64,000 nt of DNA from Clostridia bacterium (GTDB taxonomy: Bacteria > Bacillota > Clostridia > Oscillospirales > CAG-272): NCBI GenBank assembly GCA_017625065.1, contig JAGALS010000038.1, forward strand, positions 7,139 through 71,138, given 5' to 3'. Below are positions 1 through 9,048 of the stretch, piece by piece. The notes beneath the pieces were generated by a model. It searched no databases and was not told the origin of the DNA. It saw only the letters and a program-made list of their open reading frames with translations. A program made the translations under genes and the position numbers. How positions within the stretch are numbered: position 1 is the stretch's first letter; every line of letters starts with the position of its first letter.

Positions 1-501
1 ACCGTTCTGACGGTAGAGCTTGGATTACAGACCTGCCACGATAAAACCGCGGCGCTGATCAACCGCGGTCACACCTTCAAGGACTTCGTGGAAGGGTATC
101 AGCGACTGCGAGACCATGCCCCGAAAATACGGCTGGGCGTTCATTTGATTTTAGGATTGATTGGTGAAAATGACGAAATGATGGTTGAAACTGCGCAAAG
201 GGTCGCAGAGCTTCGGCCAAACGAGGTGAAATTGCATTCACTTTATGTTTTGGAAGGAACGAAAATGGCTGAAATATACCGTAACGGTGGGTATTTCGCG
301 CTTGAACGGGATCAGTATGTCGATCTTGTAGTGCGCGTGCTAGAGCGGATGCCACCGGAGGTCGTGATCGGCAGATTGACGGGCGACGGGGTGGAAAATC
401 AGCTTTTAGCGCCCCTGTGGAGCCAAAAAAAGCGTTGCGTTTTGAACGAAATAGACAAAAAGTTCTACAATGAAAACACTTGGCAAGGAAAAAAGTTTTA
501 A
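1..501 (+). CDS. Radical SAM protein, TIGR01212/YhcC-like, C-terminal part (5' end outside the window)
   Basis: Frame 1 is open from base 1 to the stop at 499-501. The translation TVLTVELGLQTCHDKTAALINRGHTF...KLHSLYVLEGTKMAE...GRLTGDG resembles the C-terminal half of this radical SAM family. The CxxxCxxC N-terminus is not in the window. Confidence 0.6.
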   Translation, partial: TVLTVELGLQTCHDKTAALINRGHTFKDFVEGYQRLRDHAPKIRLGVHLILGLIGENDEMMVETAQRVAELRPNEVKLHSLYVLEGTKMAEIYRNGGYFALERDQYVDLVVRVLERMPPEVVIGRLTGDGVENQLLAPLWSQKKRCVLNEIDKKFYNENTWQGKKF

Positions 502-521
502 ATTCTTGGTGTTAACAAGTC

Positions 522-550
522 TTGACGAATTGCCATTTATATGATAAAAT
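522..550 (+). promoter_or_regulatory. Sigma-A-type promoter for the LTD gene pair
   Basis: TTGACG (522-527), a 17-nt spacer ending in TGa (extended -10), then TAAAAT (545-550). It lies about 65 nt upstream of the ATG at 617. Confidence 0.55.
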
Positions 551-616
551 ACTAATGATTTGTGAGCGGGCCTAGCCTGCCCACGAGAGTAAAACAACCG
601 AAAAAGGAGAAACAAC

Positions 617-3600
617 ATGAAAAGAGTAATCTCACTTCTTCTTGCAATCTTGATGGTCACCGGCCTGTTTGCCGCTTTTGGTGTATCCGCGGCAGCAGAG
701 GGTGGTGCATCTGCCTCCGCGGCTTCTTCGAAGTACGTGGTGTATGAAGAGGACTTCGAAATGGGGGCCAATGCTTCGAAATGGTCCACGGATCAGGTCC
801 TTGAGGCGTTGGGATGGTATATTCCCGATGCCAAGGCAGATCGAAACATCGCGGAGTATCTGATCGTTGACGACGGAAACGGCGGTCAGGCGCTTCGTAT
901 CTCCACCAATTCGAATGACATTCAGGGTGTGCCCGATAGATACATGAGCTTCGTGACCATGTTCAACGGTGACTTGATGTCGGTCGTGCGTAACGGTAAC
1001 TTCACGATCTCTTACGATCTGACCTACCGTGCCGGCACGAAGAACACCAACGGCTACACCGCTATGATCTACAACTACAATGAAAAGGACAACGAGAACG
1101 CCAAGGAAGGCGAGGAGGGCCGTGAGGCTTACGGTATCGTTGCCATTCGTGCTTGCGGAACGGGTCTGAACAACATTTATTCTCCTCTTTCCGACGGTAA
1201 CGGCTTCGTTGAGTGCGCTCCCAATGAGGGCGATATCTCTATGAGCAACCGTTATCAGCTCCCCGGCGAGTATCAGTCTCTTTATTCCCGCATTGCCGCG
1301 TCTCTTGGCGATACCGATTATGTGGAAGACGAGAACACCACGCTGCAGGGCAAAGATCTTCTGATCGAGAAGACCATCAAGGTCGTGATGAATTACGACT
1401 TTGAAAAGGGTATGAGCGTTCGTATCAATGACGTTCTGGTTTCGACCCCCAATACCGATATCTATGCCAACGCCGCAAACTACTCCGGCTTGTGGAGCAC
1501 CTTTCTGGAGCGTAGCACCGGTGCAGCGCTTGGCTTGGTGACCACGCCTTACGTCGTTGCCGATATCGACAATATCAAAGTGCAGGCTGAGCAGATCGGC
1601 GGCGCTTTTAAGAACGAGATGCCCGAGCTGGTCATTTCCGAGGTGTGTGCCCGTCCCAGATTGAACTACGGCTGGGCAGACTTCCTTGAGATCTACAACC
1701 CCGGTGATTATCCCGTGGACCTTGCCGACTATGTTGTTATGACCTCCAACTATACCGAAACGACTGTTGACGATATGAAGAACGTCAATATGATGATGCA
1801 TACTTTCTTCGATATTCGTTATCTGGAAGATCATTTCGGTACGGTTGCGGTCAGTAATGCGGCTTATGTTGCTGAAGCTGACTTAATTAAAATGTACGAT
1901 TTCAAAAATCTTGACCCCGCAGGAAACACGCGCTTTAAATTTGTAAATGAAAAGACTTACAAAGTAAACGATAATGGCTCCTATACCGAAGATCCCAAGG
2001 GTCAGTTCCGCTACATCCAATATCTGGAGTGTTGGAACACCATTTACGATCCCAATTCCGAGAATGCGGCAAACTTCCATATGGATACCTACCTGCAGCC
2101 CGGACAGTGCGCGGTGATCATGGCGGCAAACAAGGGCTGGGGTAATACGTCGTATGCTTACGGTGTTAATGCCGGCACGCTTTCCGAAACCATCAACATC
2201 CACTCGATGAACTTCCGTAACCTTTACAGAAGAATGGGTCTTTCCAAGGATGTTAAGATCATTTTCTCCGACGTAAACCCCCTCACCGAGAACGTTCGTG
2301 GTCAGAATATCGGCGGTCGCCGTTACTATCTGGCGAAGGCATATGATGAGAACGGCAACAGAATCAATTACACCAGTAAATATATTTATGATAAAAATGT
2401 AAATCCCTACATCGTTTGCTATGCCGATTACAGTGCTCCTCTGGTTGAGGGTTACCTGGATGAAAATGCTGCGAACAATCCCGATCACGGTTATTTCGGC
2501 TTGGGCGGCGTTACTCACGGTAACAGATCCTGGGGCGTTTCCGGCTCTTATATCTACGGCGTTGATGCTTCTCGCGATCCCCGTTGCGGCACGATGTATT
2601 CCAACCGTAACTCGGTGACCAACGGCGCTACCGCGCACGTGGGATGCCTGTCCGGTGCTCAGGAAATTGTAATGAAGGATATGTACACCAAGGCAAAGGC
2701 TGACGGCGGCACTCTTGCGGATCTGACCATTACCGAGATCGCACCCAACACCAACAATCTGGCAGGGGAAGCAAAGAAGGCGTTCACCGCAATGGAGCTG
2801 ACGAACACCTCCTCGAAGCGCGTTAACCTTTACGACTACTCCTTGGTCAGCTCTGAGGTGGATGACACCTGTACTCCCGGTATGGGCTTCAGCTACTTCA
2901 CCAAGATCCAGGCAGGAAACCCTGTTGAGAAGACCTCCGGTAACGGTTCCTACTATTACTTCGCGCAGGACCATATCTCCAATCCCACGACTTGTGTTTT
3001 GGAGCCCGGTGAAACCGTGGTTATTTGGTTCCTGACTGAGGATACCTACTCCTCTTACTCTCGCGATGATACATTTGGCTTTGACTACTTCCGTCAATAC
3101 TGGGCAAATCAAGGCAATACACAGCTTGCTGTTAAATCTGCCGATGGCGGTTATGCGACGAAGGTCGTTGCGGTTGACGCAAACGTCAGCAAGACCTTGA
3201 ACGTTGGAAATACCGATCACCTCTTTGAGCTGACCACCAAGAAGTCTGTGGTTTACGGCGTTGCTCAAACGACCGAGGACCTGGAAGCAGGCAATATCTA
3301 TTCCAGAGACGTTGAGTCGGTTGCGATCCTTGGTGCTGCGTTCATTTATTTCAAGCTGGAATACGGCCCTGCTGTGTCTCCCACCACGGGTGAGACGTGG
3401 TATGCCTTGATCTTCAAGCGTGATATACCCGTTAATACCTCTATGCGTTATGTTGCGGGCGGTGCCGGCAACAGCAAATGCGGCGCGTTGGGGAATTCTA
3501 TCAGAAGTATTCGTTACTATCAGATTATGAAATATACGCAGATGTCTCAAACGCCTCTGCCTTTGGAGAAGTGGGCATACCGCTTCGATTCGACCAATGC

Positions 3601-4267
3601 ACCGATGGAGCCTCGCCTGGGTACACTTGACGGCAAGGAAGTGCTTCCTTTGCTTGATCAGCTCTTTGTTAAAACGACCTCCGAAACGGGTGATGAAACT
3701 TATCACTATTTCGATGCGGTCCGCACCAATATTATGACTCTGCAAGGTGCAGCTGTAAACACTGCAGGCTCTAAGCCTAAGCTTCGCTTTGATAATGCGA
3801 TTTCCAAGGACGTTTACTCTTCTTTGGTTTCTACGTACGGCAATGCTGTAGAGATCGGTACCTTGATCGTTAAGACCGATGCGCTTGGCGATGTCAAGAC
3901 CTTTACAGAGGATTACCTGAGCAATGCCGGTATTTCTTATAAAAAGGAAAAGAGCAGCTTGCTTTACCGCGGTAGCGAGTATGCGATCCTCTCCTCTTCG
4001 ATCGAGGTCGATAGTGTGGATGATTCTTACACCGCTATCGGTTATATGAAGATCACCTTGAGTGATGGCACGGTAAAAACGATCTATTCGTCCGAATCCA
4101 TTTCGCGCAATGTGAAAGAGGTCGCAAGCGCAGCGCTTTACGACCTTTCCGAGCAAAGAGCAGGTATTTACCAGTACAACTCGATCAACAGCGAAGGAAC
4201 CGTCGCCCAATATAGCCCCTATTCTGCTGATGTACAGCGGAAGCTGAGCGGCTACATCGGACTCTGA
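617..4267 (+). CDS. Giant secreted protein A (1216 aa): signal peptide, LamG/ConA-like module, two lamin-tail-domain-like modules, shared C-terminal module
   Basis: RBS AAAGGAGAA lies upstream of the ATG. The N-terminus MKRVISLLLAILMVTGLFAAFGVSAAAEG is a Sec signal peptide. LTD-like motif triplets are ELVISEV..FLEIYNPGDYPVDLADY..LQPGQCAVI and LTITEI..AMELTNTSSKRVNLYDY..LEPGETVVIW. Confidence 0.85.
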   Translation: MKRVISLLLAILMVTGLFAAFGVSAAAEGGASASAASSKYVVYEEDFEMGANASKWSTDQVLEALGWYIPDAKADRNIAEYLIVDDGNGGQALRISTNSNDIQGVPDRYMSFVTMFNGDLMSVVRNGNFTISYDLTYRAGTKNTNGYTAMIYNYNEKDNENAKEGEEGREAYGIVAIRACGTGLNNIYSPLSDGNGFVECAPNEGDISMSNRYQLPGEYQSLYSRIAASLGDTDYVEDENTTLQGKDLLIEKTIKVVMNYDFEKGMSVRINDVLVSTPNTDIYANAANYSGLWSTFLERSTGAALGLVTTPYVVADIDNIKVQAEQIGGAFKNEMPELVISEVCARPRLNYGWADFLEIYNPGDYPVDLADYVVMTSNYTETTVDDMKNVNMMMHTFFDIRYLEDHFGTVAVSNAAYVAEADLIKMYDFKNLDPAGNTRFKFVNEKTYKVNDNGSYTEDPKGQFRYIQYLECWNTIYDPNSENAANFHMDTYLQPGQCAVIMAANKGWGNTSYAYGVNAGTLSETINIHSMNFRNLYRRMGLSKDVKIIFSDVNPLTENVRGQNIGGRRYYLAKAYDENGNRINYTSKYIYDKNVNPYIVCYADYSAPLVEGYLDENAANNPDHGYFGLGGVTHGNRSWGVSGSYIYGVDASRDPRCGTMYSNRNSVTNGATAHVGCLSGAQEIVMKDMYTKAKADGGTLADLTITEIAPNTNNLAGEAKKAFTAMELTNTSSKRVNLYDYSLVSSEVDDTCTPGMGFSYFTKIQAGNPVEKTSGNGSYYYFAQDHISNPTTCVLEPGETVVIWFLTEDTYSSYSRDDTFGFDYFRQYWANQGNTQLAVKSADGGYATKVVAVDANVSKTLNVGNTDHLFELTTKKSVVYGVAQTTEDLEAGNIYSRDVESVAILGAAFIYFKLEYGPAVSPTTGETWYALIFKRDIPVNTSMRYVAGGAGNSKCGALGNSIRSIRYYQIMKYTQMSQTPLPLEKWAYRFDSTNAPMEPRLGTLDGKEVLPLLDQLFVKTTSETGDETYHYFDAVRTNIMTLQGAAVNTAGSKPKLRFDNAISKDVYSSLVSTYGNAVEIGTLIVKTDALGDVKTFTEDYLSNAGISYKKEKSSLLYRGSEYAILSSSIEVDSVDDSYTAIGYMKITLSDGTVKTIYSSESISRNVKEVASAALYDLSEQRAGIYQYNSINSEGTVAQYSPYSADVQRKLSGYIGL

Positions 4268-4311
4268 TGAACGTCGATTCCGAGTTAATACAGAAAAGGA
4301 GTAAATGAAAT

Positions 4312-7300
4312 ATGAAAAAATTCCTTTCATTTTTGCTTGCGGTTTTGATGATCGTCAGTGTTATGGTTCCGATGTTGACACTTCTTGTCAGCGCAGAAGG
4401 TGATGCCGACGAAAACGAGACCCCTGAGATCGTCTCCGATTTTCCGGAGCTGGTCATTAGCGAATATCACGCCAACGCCGTCTATTACAGCAACGTTTAT
4501 AACACGCTGATCGGCGGTAACGCAACCGAAGAGACCAAGTTTTTGGCCTCCACTATGTATCCTAAGGGATGCGGAGAGGTGCTGTATGCCCCTACATATG
4601 TTGCAGTAGGCGCTTCGGTTGGTGGATTGTATGTTAAAAATGTGGACTGGGTGACCGGTGAGATCACCTTCGATCCTGCAGGCGGCACTGCAGTTGAAGG
4701 CGTTCAGTATCATCGCCGTTATAATTTCACAGGCAATGATAACGAGATCGTTGAGTTTATCGAGGTCTATAACTCCGGCTCTGAGCCTATCAATCTTTAC
4801 GACTATCAGATCGTAAGGGATAAGGACGCCTTCAAGCATGGCGATGTCCCGATGTACATCGACCTTTACGGTGGTCCTCTTGCCGCTGCCGCTCACGGTC
4901 AGTACTTCAAGAAGGCTGGTAATATCACAGCTTTTGATCCTAGCATTGCGTATTATACCAAGAGAAACGAATACACCTATGTGCCTGTAAATCCCAACGG
5001 TACGCCTGATCCCAACACAACCTATTACTACGAGGTTCCGGAAGGCGCGTTTGTTGATAACCCCTCTGAGGAAGAGGGCGCATGGCTGCAGCCCGGTCAG
5101 GTTGCCGTTCTTTGGAACTTTACCTACCGTGACTGGCAGTATAATATAACCGAAGAGATCTTCAAGGCTTATTTCTCCACCGCTTATGGCTTTGGACAGA
5201 ATTGGGATGACATCCTTTTCCTTGGTATGGACGGTAACCATAGCGAAACCGATCGCTATATTCCCAAGAAGCAGACGATCACCGATAGTGAAATGAGCGA
5301 GGGTGGTTGTGTCCGCATCGGTATTGTGCACGATGATATCGCTGCCGAGAAACACGATGATACCATGTACGATACCGATTGGGTATCCTGGGTCTTGCAT
5401 GCATACTATTTTGGCATCAATTATAACGGTTCCTTTGCTTTGCAGAACACGGTCATCGGTGTAACGAAGGTTACTGAAGGCGGTTATCTTGTATACGATC
5501 AGAAGCGTGATGAATACGTTCCCGTAAGTCAGGCCGCAGGCACTGCCGATAAGAAGGGCTGCGCCGTAGCAGGTGTTCAGTACTATAAGGCCAGCGCAGC
5601 TGTTGCGACTAACGGCACCAACTCGAGATCCGTTGCTTATCTGTACGGCCTTGATGCTTCCGCCAATATCAAAGAGGGAAGAGCTTACACCAATAACTCT
5701 GCCGGTGTTTCTCCCGGAGTTTTGGATAACATTCAAGAGGCTGTTTTCCCCAATTACAGCAGAAGCGTAGAGGAGCTGAGCAAGACTCCCAGACTTGTGA
5801 TCACTGAGGTGGTGCCCGATAACGGCAAATCGGACGCGTATGAATACATTGAGGTCCTCAATGTTTCCGGCGCTCCCCTTAACGTTTTCGACTATACCTT
5901 TGTTGGACATCCCGACAATATCTCGCATTACAACGAGCAGTATTTCAGCAAGGTCAGCCCGATCATCCCCGGTGATTACGGTTCGATCTTGGCATCTACT
6001 GTTGTTACCAAATATCAGGAAGGCTATGCTGCCCTGGCTCCCACAAACGTTTCCTATCAAAACGGATGGCTGCAGCCCGGTGAAGCAGCTTTGCTGTGGA
6101 TGTTTACGCCGAACTCCTATACCGAGCAAGCAACCTTTGACAAGTTCCGCTCTCATTACAAGATCGATGAATCTGTAAAGGTCTTTGCTATAGATGGTGA
6201 CGGTACAAACGGCACAGGTCGTCCTCATCGTCAGGATCTGCAGGACACGGGACTTAGTATGTACGGTGTTATTTCCAACGATAAGCTGATGTGGTCGAAT
6301 AACAAGTACACATCCGATCCCGTTCTTCAGGCGATTACTTATTCCTCCGGCTTGACCAGACAAACGACCCGCGGTGTCAATATCAGAGATTGCGAATCCT
6401 TTGTTCTGTGTGCTGCGTTGCATGTTGCTTTCGCAAACGCTACGATCGGCACCGATTATGGTTATCAATACGTTTGGGGCAATACGCATGGAACGACCAA
6501 CAAGTGCGGCTCTTATTTGCGTATGTCCTACGCTTCCAGCTGCGGCGGTCAGGATTTCTCCGGTACCGGCTCTGTTGTGACCGATGCCTGGAAGGCTTCT
6601 CCCGGCAAGCTGATCGCAGAGCAAAAGACCGGTCTTGCTACGAATGCCAACAAGGATCGCTATATTGTCTATATGCAGGACTTCAACGGCTATGGCACTA
6701 TTACGGGCTATGATGCAGTTGCTGCAAAGCTCGGCCTTTCCGGAATCAACGATGCACATAGCGCAAACGTTGAGGCGACCGAGAGCAAGGGCGTAAGCTT
6801 CCTTGAAATTCGCGACGGCAAGCTCTATGTCAACAATAAGGGCTCTGCTGACGACTATATGACACTTCTTTCCGATGATGTTCTGAGCTTGCTCGACGAT
6901 CAAAGCTTCACCATTGAATATGCTATGACCTATAACGAGAAGTCGATGAACAATCAAAACGGATATAGCGGTATTCTTTATAGCTTCGATGCAAACAATA
7001 TGACGTATGGCGCACCCATTGTACGCGTTTCCGGTTACGGTAACAACGCGATTTCGCTTGGTGATGGCCTGATCGATATTGACGGCGGAGAAGGTAGCGC
7101 CAATTCTATGGCGAATAAGGATCTTCCGAATGATGCTCCTCTGACTCTTTACGAGCGCCTGTACGGCGATATCGATTCTATTGACAGCTTCTTCGACGTT
7201 CCTTCTCTGGATAGCAGCTCGATGCTTGCAGGCAAGCCTTTGACCGTTCGCATTGACGTTGACAGAGAAAACGGTGTTACCGTTACAGTGAACGGTGTGG

Positions 7301-8751
7301 CTGTTTACTCGACCACGGATTTGGATCAGTGGAATCAGTTCCTTGAAACGAAGGGCACCGATCTGGTGCTTGCAACCTCTGCAAATATTTCGGCTTCTTA
7401 CGATTACATCACCGTTTATACCGATGGCGATGCGATCCGTAGCGCGAACGAGGGATTGTATGGCAACGGCTTTATGATCACCGAGTTCCATAAGCCCACG
7501 GGCGAAGGCGCAGCGTTCAAGGCAATGGAGATCACAAACGTTTCCGACATTCCGATGAACCTGTATAACGCTATGATCGTAACCACCAGCGCACAGACCG
7601 GCAACGGTGTGCTGCAGACCTGGAACCATGCGATCAAGATGACCGCAGGTTGCCCTGTCAGCTCTTATGATCCTCTTTACAAGAGTCTCAAGCACATTTC
7701 CAATCCCAATAGCTGTATGGTTCAGCCCGGCGAATCTGTTGTGGTTTGGTTGATGTCCAACATCGGAAACTATGCTGATGAAAATGGCAATGTGACCATT
7801 AACACCAATGATTTCCGCAACTACTACAATGATCTTGGAAATACCAAGCTCACAGAGCTTGATGAAAAGGGTAATCCCATCGTCAAGGTCGTTATGGCGT
7901 ACGATTCGTCCGCATCGGATAATCACTTGCAGTATGCTTTGGCGAAAAAGAACAACACTTACTATACGAATAGCAACCGTTCTTACTTCCCGGAGGTGTT
8001 CTCCACTATCGTTCCTCAGAGCGATGCAGAGTATTCCTTGGGTTACCTGTCGCAGAGCAAGTACGGCTTGATCGCTGCATTGAAATTTACGCATATGGGC
8101 GAGATCGTTGAAAAGGATAATGATGGCAACGTGACCAACGTGATCAATGCTTACGTTCATCAGTCTGTTTTGAATGGCTTGACCGATGCAGGTGTGAAAA
8201 ACACCAGCGCGAGTGTAAGTGCTTCCAGCACGGGTGCTTCGATCTCCTTCAGAGCCGCCGTTAATACCGCATATTATAACCGTATGGTTGAGCTGTTTGG
8301 TGAGGACAATGTCAATTGTGGCATTTTGATCGCTCGCGCAGATTCCGCAATGGAAGCCTTCGCTATGCGTCCTTACTTGTTAGAGGCTGCTAGTGTTTCC
8401 TACATTGATGACAATGAGGGATTGCGTAGTGCTACTACCTCTGCACAGAGAACTGTGTACAGCAACGCCCATGCTGTTGATGCAGGCTATTATGCCGTTA
8501 CGTATTCTGCTGTAGCATATTGGTCCGTTGAAACACAGGCCTTTGGCACGATCACCAAGTATGCTGAAAATGCTTATCATCAGAGCGCAAAGCAGGTTGC
8601 TGCCGCTGCTATGATGCAGTATGTTGACACCGCTACGGCTAAGGCAGAAATGGCTGCTAACCCCGGTGTGAAGTACTATGAGATCAGTGCCGGCAAGTGG
8701 AGCTTGTATACGCGCGAGCAGATCGCACGTCTTGATGTGCTTTGCAAATAA
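4312..8751 (+). CDS. Giant secreted protein B (1479 aa): signal peptide, three lamin-tail-domain-like modules, LamG/ConA-like module, shared C-terminal module
   Basis: RBS AAAGGAG lies 10 nt upstream of the ATG. Signal peptide is MKKFLSFLLAVLMIVSVMVPMLTLLVSAEG. LTD-like triplets are ELVISEY..FIEVYNSGSEPINLYDY..LQPGQVAVLW, LVITEV..YIEVLNVSGAPLNVFDY..LQPGEAALLW and FMITEF..AMEITNVSDIPMNLYN..VQPGESVVVW. Confidence 0.85.
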   Translation: MKKFLSFLLAVLMIVSVMVPMLTLLVSAEGDADENETPEIVSDFPELVISEYHANAVYYSNVYNTLIGGNATEETKFLASTMYPKGCGEVLYAPTYVAVGASVGGLYVKNVDWVTGEITFDPAGGTAVEGVQYHRRYNFTGNDNEIVEFIEVYNSGSEPINLYDYQIVRDKDAFKHGDVPMYIDLYGGPLAAAAHGQYFKKAGNITAFDPSIAYYTKRNEYTYVPVNPNGTPDPNTTYYYEVPEGAFVDNPSEEEGAWLQPGQVAVLWNFTYRDWQYNITEEIFKAYFSTAYGFGQNWDDILFLGMDGNHSETDRYIPKKQTITDSEMSEGGCVRIGIVHDDIAAEKHDDTMYDTDWVSWVLHAYYFGINYNGSFALQNTVIGVTKVTEGGYLVYDQKRDEYVPVSQAAGTADKKGCAVAGVQYYKASAAVATNGTNSRSVAYLYGLDASANIKEGRAYTNNSAGVSPGVLDNIQEAVFPNYSRSVEELSKTPRLVITEVVPDNGKSDAYEYIEVLNVSGAPLNVFDYTFVGHPDNISHYNEQYFSKVSPIIPGDYGSILASTVVTKYQEGYAALAPTNVSYQNGWLQPGEAALLWMFTPNSYTEQATFDKFRSHYKIDESVKVFAIDGDGTNGTGRPHRQDLQDTGLSMYGVISNDKLMWSNNKYTSDPVLQAITYSSGLTRQTTRGVNIRDCESFVLCAALHVAFANATIGTDYGYQYVWGNTHGTTNKCGSYLRMSYASSCGGQDFSGTGSVVTDAWKASPGKLIAEQKTGLATNANKDRYIVYMQDFNGYGTITGYDAVAAKLGLSGINDAHSANVEATESKGVSFLEIRDGKLYVNNKGSADDYMTLLSDDVLSLLDDQSFTIEYAMTYNEKSMNNQNGYSGILYSFDANNMTYGAPIVRVSGYGNNAISLGDGLIDIDGGEGSANSMANKDLPNDAPLTLYERLYGDIDSIDSFFDVPSLDSSSMLAGKPLTVRIDVDRENGVTVTVNGVAVYSTTDLDQWNQFLETKGTDLVLATSANISASYDYITVYTDGDAIRSANEGLYGNGFMITEFHKPTGEGAAFKAMEITNVSDIPMNLYNAMIVTTSAQTGNGVLQTWNHAIKMTAGCPVSSYDPLYKSLKHISNPNSCMVQPGESVVVWLMSNIGNYADENGNVTINTNDFRNYYNDLGNTKLTELDEKGNPIVKVVMAYDSSASDNHLQYALAKKNNTYYTNSNRSYFPEVFSTIVPQSDAEYSLGYLSQSKYGLIAALKFTHMGEIVEKDNDGNVTNVINAYVHQSVLNGLTDAGVKNTSASVSASSTGASISFRAAVNTAYYNRMVELFGEDNVNCGILIARADSAMEAFAMRPYLLEAASVSYIDDNEGLRSATTSAQRTVYSNAHAVDAGYYAVTYSAVAYWSVETQAFGTITKYAENAYHQSAKQVAAAAMMQYVDTATAKAEMAANPGVKYYEISAGKWSLYTREQIARLDVLCK

Positions 8752-8799
8752 GTTGATCCTCACGCGTTATGAACTCTTTTCATAGCGCAAAACACAAAA

Positions 8800-8837
8800 C
8801 ATCCCGTTGGGGCATAGCCCCGGCGGGATGTTTTTTT
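8800..8837 (+). terminator. Rho-independent terminator after LTD gene B
   Basis: 13-bp stem CATCCCGTTGGGG / CCCCGGCGGGATG (two G-U pairs), loop CATAG, followed by TTTTTTT. Confidence 0.8.
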
Positions 8838-8941
8838 GCGCAAATTTTTGCCACTTTTACCCCTTTTTCTGTTTTGGAAACAAAATTTAAAATTTTTTTG
8901 CATTTTTCGAGAAAAAATTTTTTCTTTTTCCGTTTTAGCTA

Positions 8942-8970
8942 TTGCCAAATGACGAAAAATACAGTATAAT
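8942..8970 (+). promoter_or_regulatory. dcw/mraZ promoter
   Basis: TTGCCA, a 17-nt spacer, then TATAAT (8965-8970). It lies about 80 nt upstream of mraZ. Confidence 0.6.
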
Positions 8971-9048
8971 ATGATTAAGTGGTAAAGAATGTTAAGAAAT
9001 GTTATGAAATGGAATGGCGTTTCAACCTATGAAGGGAGGGAAACAAAG

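Noticed and set aside
4327-8160. A 1277-aa ORF on the minus strand. Similar giant antisense ORFs occur at 632-1834, 1883-4330, 29541-31220, 32190-34181, 51039-52979, 22014-23081 and 23202-24230.
   Set aside because: All are exactly codon-aligned to the sense gene, so they stay open simply because the sense genes avoid TTA, CTA and TCA codons. Their translations are low-complexity with no recognisable motifs, RBS or promoter. The sense strands encode clear proteins (signal peptides, DnaK, AlaS). They are a codon-bias artefact, not overlapping genes.
8769-8969. 66-aa ORF, with a 62-aa antisense partner at 8760-8948, in the spacer between LTD gene B and mraZ.
   Set aside because: It runs straight through the terminator hairpin (8800-8837) and the mraZ promoter, has no RBS, and its sequence is low-complexity Phe/Lys-rich from the AT-rich spacer.
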